From assembly GCA_963766015.1 (NCBI GenBank), contig CAVXYU010000040.1, positions 137,640 to 201,639 of the forward strand: a stretch of DNA of 64,000 nt, given 5' to 3'. Numbering within the stretch: position 1 is the stretch's first letter; each line of letters opens with the position of its first letter. The notes under the pieces were generated by a model. It had not been told where the DNA came from. It saw only the letters and a list, made by a program, of their open reading frames with translations, and searched no databases. This document shows positions 54,166 through 64,000 of the stretch, piece after piece. This DNA comes from an uncultured Actinomycetota bacterium (GTDB lineage Bacteria; Actinomycetota; Actinomycetes; Mycobacteriales; Nakamurellaceae). Made by a program: the position numbers and the translations under genes.

Positions 54166-54846
54166 TCAGGACAGATGGCGGTAGAGGTGAATGCTGGTGC
54201 TGCTCAACCACGCCCACACGAACAGAACGGCAGCGGTGAAGGCCAGGTTGGCTGCCGGTGACGTCGATCCTGACGCCAGCGTGGCGAACCCTGCCAGCAG
54301 GGCCAGGCCGGCGAACGCGCTGCTGACCGCCCGGCCGTGCCGCCCCTGCCGGTAGAACCGCACGGCGAGCACCAGCGCGGCGGCGATGAGCGCAAGGAAA
54401 CCGACGCCTGCGAACGCGAGATGCAAGGTGCCCGCGGGGGTCGGGTCGACGGGCGGACCGTCCGGGGTGCCGACCGGGAATCCGTTCATCGGGTCGGCCC
54501 GGAACACCCCCGCACCGACCAGACCGGCCGCGAACACGGCCAGCAGGATCGGCACCGACCGTCGGCCGACGCCGGTACCCAGGGCGCGCCGATACCCGGC
54601 GGCCGCCGCGAGGACCATCAGCCCGGTCGCGATCAGATTGACGTCCTGGACCCAGCCCGCGGAGCCGTTGGCCAGCAGGCTCCATTCATGCCGGGTGAGG
54701 TCGAAACCCTCGCGGACGACCGCCTGCGCGAGGCTCACGGTGACGTAGAACGGGCCGGCCAGGACCCCGTAGCCCAGCAAGGACCGGGTGATCCGGTCCT
54801 CGCGGCGGCAGTCCGCGTCCACGGGGGGGAGGGTGGTTGTGCTCAT
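54166..54846 (-). CDS. DUF998 membrane protein
   Basis: REGFDLTRHEWSLL..G..GWVQ, F.ADP..GFP.GTP. Confidence 0.85.
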   Translation of the reverse strand: MSTTTLPPVDADCRREDRITRSLLGYGVLAGPFYVTVSLAQAVVREGFDLTRHEWSLLANGSAGWVQDVNLIATGLMVLAAAAGYRRALGTGVGRRSVPILLAVFAAGLVGAGVFRADPMNGFPVGTPDGPPVDPTPAGTLHLAFAGVGFLALIAAALVLAVRFYRQGRHGRAVSSAFAGLALLAGFATLASGSTSPAANLAFTAAVLFVWAWLSSTSIHLYRHLS

Positions 54847-54998
54847 CGGGAACTCCTTTCATCCGGTCCGCCCGTCGCCGACCTTCACCACCTCCTCGAT
54901 CGGGACACGACCACTTCTACCCATTCCAGGAGATTTCCTGCCGGCGCCCGGACCACCCTCCCGTCGGCGCCGCCAAGCGGAAAGGGCAGGATCGAAGG

Positions 54999-55550
54999 GT
55001 GAGCATTCGGGTAGTGGGCATCGGCGGGTCGGTCGACTCCGGCTCTCAGTCGGATCGGGTGCTGCGGTCGGTGCTGTCCGCCGTGCAGGGCCTGGGCGCG
55101 GAGGTATCGGTGTTCTCGGGCCTTGACCTCGACCTCCCGCCTTACCACTCCGGCGCCGTACTGCCCGACATGGCATTGGACTATGTCGAGGCGGTCCGCG
55201 CCGCGGACGCCCTGGTGATCAGCTCGCCCGGATACCACGGGACCGTGTCCGGGCTGGTCAAGAACGCCCTGGATTATCTCGAGGAGTTGCGCGGGGATCG
55301 CAGGCCCTACCTCGATGGCCGCGCCGTCGGACTGGTGTCCGTGGCGGGTGGCTGGCAGGCGGCGGTGGGGACCCTCGGCACCCTCCGGCAGATCGTCCAT
55401 TCGCTGCGTGGCTGGCCGACCCCCATCGGGTTGTCCGTCAACAGCAACGTCACGGTCTTCGACGAGCACGGCCAGACCGATGACGTCTCCACGAAGGGCG
55501 CGATCGACGTGCTGGCCGGCCAGTTGGTGGGCTTCAACACACGGGATTGA
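54999..55550 (+). CDS. NADPH-dependent FMN reductase
   Basis: VGIGGS, SPGYHGTVSGLVKNALD, SLRGWPTP. Confidence 0.9.
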   Translation: MSIRVVGIGGSVDSGSQSDRVLRSVLSAVQGLGAEVSVFSGLDLDLPPYHSGAVLPDMALDYVEAVRAADALVISSPGYHGTVSGLVKNALDYLEELRGDRRPYLDGRAVGLVSVAGGWQAAVGTLGTLRQIVHSLRGWPTPIGLSVNSNVTVFDEHGQTDDVSTKGAIDVLAGQLVGFNTRD

Positions 55551-55585
55551 ACGAGAAAAATTCGAAGCAGGGAATTCGAGGAGCG

Positions 55586-57317
55586 ATGACAGCGAACCTC
55601 ACGCAGGCCACCGGCGATCTGCGGGCGGCGCGGGACTTCCTGTTCGCGCACCGTGACGACTACCGCGGCGCGGTCGACGGTTTCCAGTGGCCCCGGCCCC
55701 CGAGCTTCAACTGGGGCACCGAGTGGTTCGACGTCATCGCCGACGAGCGACCCGATCAACCCGCCCTGGTGATCGCTGAACAGGACGGGCGGTCCCGCTC
55801 CTGGACCTTCGGCGAATTGTCGGCACGGACGGACCAGGTGGCGGGCTGGTTGGAGGCGAACGGCGTCAGCCGCGGCGACCGGATCGTGCTGATGCTCGGC
55901 AACCAGGTCGAGCTGTGGGAGATCCTGCTCGCCGCGATCAAGATCGGCGCGGTGATCATCCCGGCCAGCACCCTGCTGACCGACAACGACCTCGCGGACC
56001 GGGTACGGCGGGGGAGTGCGCGGTTCGTCGTCGCCCGCGATGTCGACGCGCTGAAGTTCCGTGCGGTGCGTGGGACGTTCCTGCGGATCGCGGTCGGCCG
56101 GCCCGTCGAGGGCTGGATCGAATATGACGACGCAGCCGACTTCCCCGTGACGGCAAGGGGTTTCATTCCGGAAGGCTGGTCGAGGGCAACCGACCCGCTG
56201 TTCCTGTACTTCACCTCGGGCACCACCGCGCTGCCCAAACTCGTTCAGCACAGCCAGGTGTCGTACCCGATCGGGCACCTCAGCACGATGTACTGGATCG
56301 GCCTGCGGCCCGGCGACGTGCACCTGAACATCTCCTCGCCCGGCTGGGCCAAACACGCCTGGTCGAACGTCTTCGCGCCGTGGCTGGCCGGGGCCACTGT
56401 GCTGGTGCACAACTACTCCCGCTTCGACGCGACCGCGCTGATGCGGGTGATGGCGGAGCAGCAGGTGACCACGTTCTGCGCGCCCCCGACGGTGTGGCGG
56501 ATGCTCATCCAGGCGGACCTGAGCCAGCTCACCACTGCACCGCGTGAGGCGTTGGCCGCCGGCGAGCCGCTGAACCCGGAGGTGATCGAGCAGGTCAGGC
56601 GGTCCTGGGGGGTCACGGTCCGGGACGGATTCGGCCAGACGGAGATGACCCTGGCCGTCGGCAACACGCCGGGTCAGCCGGTCAAAGTCGGCTCGATGGG
56701 CCGCGAGATGCCGGGCTACCGCGTGGTTCTGGTCGATCCCGTCACCGGATCCGCCGGTGACGAGGGGGAGATCTGCATCGAGCTCGGCCCGCAGACCGTC
56801 GCACTGCTCACCGGGTACGCCGGCGAACCGGATCGGACGGCGGAGGCCACGCGCGGCGGTCTGTACCGCACGGGCGACATCGGGGTCCGGGACGCCGACG
56901 GTTACATCACCTACGTCGGCCGGTCCGACGACATCTTCAAGGCCTCGGATTACCGCATCTCACCGTTCGCACTTGAATCGGTGCTGCTCGAGCATCCCGC
57001 CGTCGCCGAGGCCGCAGTGGTGCCGTCACCGGACCCGGTTCGGCTGGCGGTCCCGAAGGCGTACATCACGCTGGCGGAGGGCTACCACCCGAACAAGGTG
57101 GCGGCCCGGCTCATCTTCGACCATTCCCGTCGAGCGGCTCGCCGCGTACCAGCAGATCCGCCGTCTCGAATTCGGCGCCCTCCCCAAGACGATCTCGGGC
57201 AAGCTCCGCAGGGTCGAACTGCGGGAACAGGAGGTGCAGTTGCACGGTGCAGGCGCGGGCCGACGTCGCGACGGTGGGGTGGAGTACCGCGTCGAGGACT
57301 TCCCGCCGCCGCGCTGA
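55586..57317 (+). CDS. Acyl-CoA synthetase (AMP-binding); frameshift near 57128
   Basis: YFTSGTT.LPK, SSPGWAKH, DGFGQTE, YRTGD, GRSDD; LPKTISGK lies in a shifted frame. Confidence 0.9.
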
Positions 57318-57348
57318 CACGTTCTGGCCACGTCCACACTGCCCGAGC

Positions 57349-59234
57349 TCACCCGGCGATGCCGAGAACTCCTCGTGCGAATGCGATTTCGCACGCCAGT
57401 TGACGCAACCGCTCCTCCACCACCATCGAGCCGTGACCGGCGTCATAGCGGTACACCGCGTACTCGGCACCCTGCGAGGCCAGTGCGTCGAGGTAGTTGA
57501 CGATCTGCCGGATCGGGCACTCGGGGTCGTTCTCGCCCGCCAGGACGAGCACCGGCACCCGCACCCGGTCGACGTAGGTCAACGGCGAGGAATCGCGGTA
57601 GGCCCGCGGGACCTGCTGGGCGAACCGCCGAACAGTGCGCGGTCGTAGGCGCGCAGCTGCTCCATCTCGTCCTCGTAGGCGGCCACGTAGTCCGCGACAG
57701 GCACCCCGGCCAGGCCCGCGACCCAGCGGTCCGGTTGGGTGCCCATCGCCAGCAGGGTCAGGTACCCACCCCAGGAGTACCCGCCGATCAGCGATGCGGC
57801 AGCGTCGACCACCCCCTGCGCAACGAGATGGTCGTGGACCGCTGCGATGTCGGCCAGCTCGACGTGCCCGACCCGTTCGGTGAGGGCGTCCCGCCAGGCC
57901 GAGCCGTAGCCGGTCGAACCGCGGTAGTTGACGTTGACGACGGCAAATCCCGCGTCCAGCCAGGCGGCACGGCTCGCGTCGTAGGAGTCCTCGTCGCCCT
58001 CCGCCGGACCGCCGTGCACGGCGACCATCGTCGGCCAACCGGCGGCAGGCCGGCCGTGCTCACCGGAACCGGTCGGACCGCTCGGAACTGCCAGCAGTGC
58101 ATGGATCCGGCCGCCCGGCCCGTCCACCCAGACGTCGGTCACCGGCTCGGATCCGGGTGCCGGCTCGCCGTGGGCCGCGAGCAGCACCCCGTCCCGACCG
58201 TCGGCCTCCAGCACGCGCAGCTGAGCGGGTGCTGCGGCGCTGGACCAGCGGTACCAGACCGACCCGTCGGGACGGCCGGACGCACCCGACACCACTCCCC
58301 GGGCGACAGGCAGGTCGATCAACTCGCCGGTGGCAAGGTCGTAGCGGTGGACCGTCGTCCGGGCGGCGTGGGTGTGCAGGACGATCACCGCGGCGCCGTC
58401 CGCCGAGAAGTCGGCGTCCAGCTCGCCCGGCAGGTCGATCGGGAGTTCGGTGACCGCACCGGTCGTGAGATCCCAGACCAGCAGCTCTTCCCGGCCCCTG
58501 CGCTCGTGCCCGACCAGCAACTGCTGATCACCCGCGACCGGTGAGAAGGCCAGCGCATGAAGCCCCCTACCCGGCGCATCGGACAGTTCGCCGATCACCT
58601 CGCCGGTGGGCAGCGCGAACGCCCGTAGCGCCGGATACCGGGAATCGCCGTGCTCGGAATGCGACAGCACCCAGACGCTCTCGTCCGTGGAGAGCGCGCC
58701 GACGCCGCCGTCCTCGGCGTGCCGGTAGACGATCACAGGCTCCGCACCGCTGGTGGACAAGTGCACACGGGTTCCGTCGTCGTCCGAGAAACCTGCCAGC
58801 ACAACGGATCTGCCGACCGCCAGGCCGGCCGAGTAACCGGGCGCGACCTCGGGCAGCGCCCACCGGGCCGCGCCGGCAGATGCGTGGCTGCCGAACGGCT
58901 GCGCACGCCAGCCCCCGAACTCGTCTCCCGCCGTGTCGTCGAACCACCACAACTCGGCACCGTCGGCCGACAGCCTGGCGTGCACGGTCCCGTCGGGCCG
59001 GTCGGTCGCCGGGGTGTGCGTGTCGGTGCGCAGATCCCAACAGGAGACCTCGAAGCGACCGGTGGCGTTGGAGACGTAGGCGACGCGGTCCGGTTCGTCA
59101 CGAGCCCAGTGCGGCAGGCTGAGCCGGACGGCGGAGAATCGCCTCCGCCAGCGTGCCTCCTTGTCGGGGTCGTCGAACAGGCTCTGCGGAACATCGGCTG
59201 TCGGGTGCTGGGTCGTGGAAGGGGACGGGGACAT
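57349..59234 (-). CDS. S9 prolyl oligopeptidase-family peptidase; frameshift near 57620
   Basis: HGGP, NYRGSTGYG, GYSWGG, GENDPECP, DAGHG. Confidence 0.9.
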
Positions 59235-59288
59235 GACTGCATCCTTCCTGGTGCGATCGGCCGGACCCGGCAGCAGCGCACGCGATCC

Positions 59289-60062
59289 TCAGCTGCGGAC
59301 TTCCCGGGACAGGGCGGAGGCGGCCCTGCGGAGCCGCCGGACCGCGGCCCCGATCCGGTCAGAGGTCAGCTCGTCACCAGCGCCGGCGAGGCCGATGGAC
59401 ACCGTGTGACCGCCGATCGGCACCGCCACACCCCTGACGTCGGGGTGGCGCTCCGAGTCGCTCACGGCAAAGCCCTCCCCGCGGATCAGGTGCAGTTCGC
59501 GGAGCAGCGCTGTCGGTGAACCGATGGTTGACGTCGTCGGCTGATCCATCCCGGCGGCAGCGAGCAGTGACAGCACGGTCTCGTCGGACAATTGGGCGGC
59601 GATGGCCTTCCCGACAGCGGTGTTGTGGAGCATCTCGTGCTCCCCGACCCGGGTGACCCGGTCGTCGTTCACTGAACTCGACACCCACAGGCACCGGACG
59701 CTGGCACCGTCGAGCGTGAACAACACGCAGATCGGGGCTTCCGGTGTGATGAGCCGTGCCATCAGCGGCCGTGCGACGCCGACCAGTCGCTCCGTCAGGC
59801 TTCCGCTGGGCAGCGCATGACCTGCGAGTGGCGAGCCCAACACATAGCCGACGCTGTCCGGTGCGCGCAGGACGTATCCCCGCACTTCCAGAGCGGCCAG
59901 ATACCGAAATGCCGAACTCTTGGGCAGGGCCAGGGTGGCGGCGAGAAAGGAGAGCGTGACACCTGCGGGGTTGTCCGCCAAGAAATCGATGATGTCGCAG
60001 ACCCTGTCCACCGCACGCAGCGGGTACAGGCTCTGCCGTGCCTCGGTGGAGTCGACCACCAT
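59289..60062 (-). CDS. IclR-family regulator
   Basis: AVDRVCDII, LPKSSAFRYL HTH, HNTAVGKA, GFAVSDSE, GVAVP. Confidence 0.85.
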   Translation of the reverse strand: MVVDSTEARQSLYPLRAVDRVCDIIDFLADNPAGVTLSFLAATLALPKSSAFRYLAALEVRGYVLRAPDSVGYVLGSPLAGHALPSGSLTERLVGVARPLMARLITPEAPICVLFTLDGASVRCLWVSSSVNDDRVTRVGEHEMLHNTAVGKAIAAQLSDETVLSLLAAAGMDQPTTSTIGSPTALLRELHLIRGEGFAVSDSERHPDVRGVAVPIGGHTVSIGLAGAGDELTSDRIGAAVRRLRRAASALSREVRS

Positions 60063-60308
60063 ACGTGTCCTCCCCAAGTGCGGATCACACCGGTCATCGG
60101 TGAGATGCCCGAGCACCGGGAGCCTGTGGCTCACCCCCAACAGTCCGCCCCCGCGGCACCGTCGTGGCCGGGAATGGACCCGAGCTCCAGCGCAACGATC
60201 ACTGTTCCAGACCGGCATGAATTCCTCGCCGGGTGTCCAGCGGAGTCGAGCCCGGACGGCATGCAGGAACCCTGCCAGTTCGATCAAAGATCACTGTGAG
60301 CGGGACCC

Positions 60309-60351
60309 GGGCAGGGGCACGACCCATGTCGATCGGATCGGGCCCCTGCCC
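60309..60351 (-). terminator. GC-rich hairpin immediately 3' of tRNA-Pro
   Basis: GGGCAGGGGC...GCCCCTGCCC 10-bp perfect outer stem. Confidence 0.55.
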
Positions 60352-60352
60352 A

Positions 60353-60430
<78 letters not shown>

Positions 60431-60501
60431 AGGACTGGTCGAGTCTAGCCGATGTCAATAGATGCCCGGGACCATCGGGCCCTCGGCGGGACGCCGGCTG
60501 T

Positions 60502-61528
60502 TCAGTGTCCCGGCTTGTTCAAGGACAGGGCGGGGGCGTCGATGCCGACCGACCGACCGACGTCGGCAGCGGCCCGGGGGCGGAGGGTGATCAGCGTGGC
60601 CTCGGGACGGCAGCAGAACCGCATCGGCATGTACGGGCTGGTGCCGAGTCCGGCCGACACGTTCAGCACCGTGTGCGAACCCCAACGGGACATCCCGCGG
60701 GCCCTCGACCGGTCGATCCCGCAGTTCGTCACCAGTGCACCCAACCCGGGCAGCCGGACCTGCCCGCCGTGCGTGTGACCGGCCAGCACCAGGTCGTATC
60801 CGTCCGAGGCGAAGCAGTCCAGGATCCGCGGCTCCGGTGCGTGCGCGACGCCGATCCGGACGACGGCGTCGCGGTCGGCCGGTCCGGCGATCAGGTCGTA
60901 GCGGTCCCGGCGGGTGTACGGATCGTCGACGCCGGCCAGGGCGATCCGCTGCCCGCGCACGGTCAGCACCGTCCTGCTGTTCGTCAGGTCCGACCAGCCC
61001 CGCTCGGCCTGCGCGGCCCGCAGGTCGCGCCACGGCAGTGAATCGCCCCGACGCGGCGACTGCCCGGTCGGAAGAAAGTAGCGGTGCGGGGATTTCGGCA
61101 CGGGTGCGTTGAAGTCGTTGTTGCCGAAGACGAAGGCGCCCGGCACGTCCAGCAGCTCACCGAAGGCGGCCACGGCGGCGGGTACCGCCTTCACATGCGA
61201 CAGCGTGTCGCCGGTGTTGACCACCAGGTCGGGCCGCAGGTCGGCCAGCGAGGAGACCCATGCCGTCTTGCGGCGCTTGCCCGGGGACGATGTGCAGATC
61301 CGAGAGGTGCAGGACGCGGATCGGCCAGGCCCCCGGCTCGAGCACCGGCAGGTCCACCCGGCGCAGGGCGAACAAGCGACGGTTCGACGATGGTCGACCA
61401 GGCCGCGGCGGCGACGCCGACCGGCGACCGCCGATCCGGTCGGCAAGGACGGCGCGTCCGGCGGTTCGAAGGCATCAGACAAGCGTAATCAAGCGGTGGG
61501 ACTGCCCAGGACCGAGTGTGACACGCAT
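60502..61528 (-). CDS. Metallophosphoesterase (Rv3683-like); frameshifted
   Basis: LHLSDLH, TGD, GNND, HAPEP, AGHTHGGQ, SAGLG; start uncertain. Confidence 0.85.
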
Positions 61529-63822
61529 CAGCTGCGCCGCCGCGGACACGAACAGCGTGATCGTCCCGCCGGGCAGCGCCGTCGACTTCGGGTTCTGGTC
61601 GACGACGATGTTCACCGCGGTCCCGGTGTTCTGCCGCGGAGACACGGTGACGGTGAAGCCGGCGGCCGTCAGTTGCGCCTTGGCCTCATCGACGTTCTTC
61701 CCGACATCGTACGGCACCTGGGTGTTGGACGACCCCTGCAGGTACGCCGGAGACGCCGGCCGGAAGAAGGTGTCCGGCTGGCCCTCCTTCAGCGGTTTCA
61801 TCGCGGCGAACCAGGTCTGGCCGCCGGAACGGAGCCGCCGGACATGCCCTGCCCGCTCATCGCCTCGTCGGTCGAGCAGGTCCGGATCGGGTTCTTGGCA
61901 GATCGACTGCGGCCTCGGCTCGGAATCCCACACGATGACCGAGGTGCTCATCTCCGGGGTGAAGCCGAGGAAGGCCGACGACTTGTATTCCTGGGTGGTA
62001 CCGGTCTTGCCGGCAGCGGTCCAGCTTCCAGCCGGCCGCCGACGCGGCGGCCGCGGCCGTGCCGTCGCCGACCAGGTCGCCTTCCATGGTGACCGCGAGC
62101 GTTCGGGCGAGCTCGGCGGGAACCGCCTGATCGCACGGCGTCTTGTCCCAGGTGACGAACTTGCCGTCGCGGTCGGTGATGGTGTCGATCGGGGTCGGCG
62201 GGCACCACCGGCCGTCGGAGTTGAGCGTGGCGCCGACATTGGCCAGCTCCAGCGGGCTGACCGGGGACACGCCCAGGGTGAAGGACACGATCTTCTGCGC
62301 AACGACCTGCTGGGTGTAGTCGGTGCCGGCGTTGGCGAACGCGGGATCGACCTGCCCGGCGTCCAGCGAATAGCCGCGCAGCCCCAGCCGGACGGCCATT
62401 TCAGCGACCTTCTGCAGGCCCACCTGGTCCTCCAGCGCGACGAACGCGGTGTTCGGTGAGGTGTGTAGGGCCTGCGCGAGTGACATCCTGGCCGGGAAGT
62501 TGCCGGCGTTGCGGAAGGTGTTCCGCGGGGTCAGCGCACTGACGTACTCGGCGCGGCGATTCGACCTCGGAATTCGTGCCGAGCCCCTGCTCCATGGCCG
62601 CTGCCGCGGTGAAGATCTTGAACGTCGACCCCGCGCCGAGCGGGGCGAACGTCGTGGTGAGCCGCTGCACCGTCTGGCCCTTGGTGGCGTCCAGCCCGTA
62701 CGGGCGGTTCGCGGCGAGCGCCAGCACCTTACGGGGTTCGTCCTTGCCGACCACCGCCACGGCGTTGGCCAGACGTTCCACACCCTTCACGGTCGGATCC
62801 GCGTTCGCCTTCGCGGCGGCCTTGGCGGCGGCCATCACCTTCGGGTCCAGCGTGGTCTTGATCGTCCAGCCGCTGCGGGCGACGGTTCTGGCGTCGAACC
62901 CGGCGGAAGACAGGTAGTCCAGGGCGTACTGGCAGAAGAAGCCGTTGGTCTCGGAGTTGTCGGCCGGGATGCAGCCGTTTCGGGTGCGCTTCGGGTTGAG
63001 CCCGAGGTCCTGTTTCTTGGTCTCCTCCGCGGTGGCCTTTGACAGCCTGCCCGCGGCGACCATCACGTCGAGCACCAGATCGCGGCGGTCCCTGGCGTCC
63101 TGTACGTGGTTCTCGTCCAGCGGGTTGTACCGCGGCGGGTTGTTGACCATCCCGGCGAGCAGTGCGGCCTGGGAGAGCGTCAGCCGGTCGGCGGACGTCC
63201 CGAAGAACCACTGGGAGGCCGCCTCGGCGCCGTACTGGGACGGTCCGAAGGCCACCAGGTTGAGATATCGCTCGAGGATCTCGGCCTTGCTCAGCTTCTG
63301 CTCGATCGACAGCGCCATCTTCGCCTCGCGCAACTTACGGATCGGCGTGGTGGCGATGGCGTCGGCCTTCTCGGCCTCGGTCTGGGCCTCGACGAGATAC
63401 AGGTAGTTCTTCACGTACTGCTGGGTCAGCGTGGACCCGCCCTGTGCGGCGCGGTCGGACTGTGCGTTGCGCAGCAGCGCCCGGACCGTGCCGCGCCAGT
63501 CGACCCCCTGATGCTGATAGAACCGGCGGTCCTCCATCGACACCACGGCGACCTGCAGGTAGTCGGAGATGGAGGACAGCGGGACGTACACCCGGTTCTG
63601 CTCGTAGAAGGTGGCGATCGGTTTCCCGGCGGCGTCGGTGAAGGTGGTCCGCAGCGGGATCTCACCTTCCAGCGGGTCGGCCTTGGCGTCCTCGATGGCC
63701 GAGGTCACCGCATTGGCGGCCATCCCGGCGCCGACGGAAAAGGGGAGCAGCAGACCGGCCACCAGCGCCCCAGCCAACAGGGTGCCCAGCACCAGACGTC
63801 CAAGACCGCTCACGACACGCAC
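61528..63822 (-). CDS. ponA: Bifunctional transglycosylase/transpeptidase with C-terminal PASTA (PonA2-like); frameshifted
   Basis: EDRRFYQHQGVD, GGSTLTQQYVKN, RKLRE, GSTFK, SPN, GKTGT; end approximate. Confidence 0.9.
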
Positions 63823-63903
63823 CGACCCAGGGTACCGGCGGCGACGTGTGAGCCGGGTGATCCCGGCCTGGGAGGGTGGGACGAATGCGACAGCCGCGCG
63901 GCC

Positions 63904-64000
63904 TCAGGAGGCGGTCAGCCGCCGGCCGATCTCCCGCAATGCAGGGAGGTCGTGCGCATCGGACGGCAGTGCGGGCACCTCGATGACGGGCAGATCGCCG
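63904..64000 (-). CDS. C-terminus of ArsA/Get3-family ATPase (partial, Rv3680-like)
   Basis: Manual translation ...GDLPVIEVPALPSDAHDLPALREIGRRLTAS*; position upstream of ponA fits known synteny. Confidence 0.65.
   Translation of the reverse strand, partial: GDLPVIEVPALPSDAHDLPALREIGRRLTAS

Overview
High-GC actinobacterial chromosome segment. Gene order resembles the Mycobacteriales/Nakamurellales core: tRNA-Ser, ffs, dnaX ... amidase/ybaB/recR ... leuA ... ask/asd ... tRNA-Pro, metallophosphoesterase, ponA, arsA (taxon is inferred from synteny only). The main accessory element is a ~7.2 kb decayed island (7403-14630) at the 3' end of tRNA-Ser(GGA). It is bounded by a 56-bp duplicated tRNA 3' half and holds two tyrosine-integrase C-terminal remnants. 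Its cargo is a fluoride-stress cluster: two crcB/fluc genes, a triple-domain and a single-domain DUF190 protein, a histidine phosphatase, an MFS transporter and an enolase. Two fluoride-riboswitch-like RNAs in the cluster share the same non-canonical substitutions and have visible RBS-sequestering hairpins. Other features: a leuA LEU leader peptide, a 14-bp tandem repeat that creates chained Trp minigenes before a TetR-adjacent gene, glyA coupled to an Rv2260-like MBL hydrolase, a YbaB with a long acidic tail, and a hydrolase-methyltransferase fusion. Many core genes (peptide ABC operon, leuA, ask, asd, ponA and others) carry 1-bp indels, most plausibly consensus sequencing errors rather than pseudogenes. 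All product calls come from motif recognition by eye; no database searches were run.
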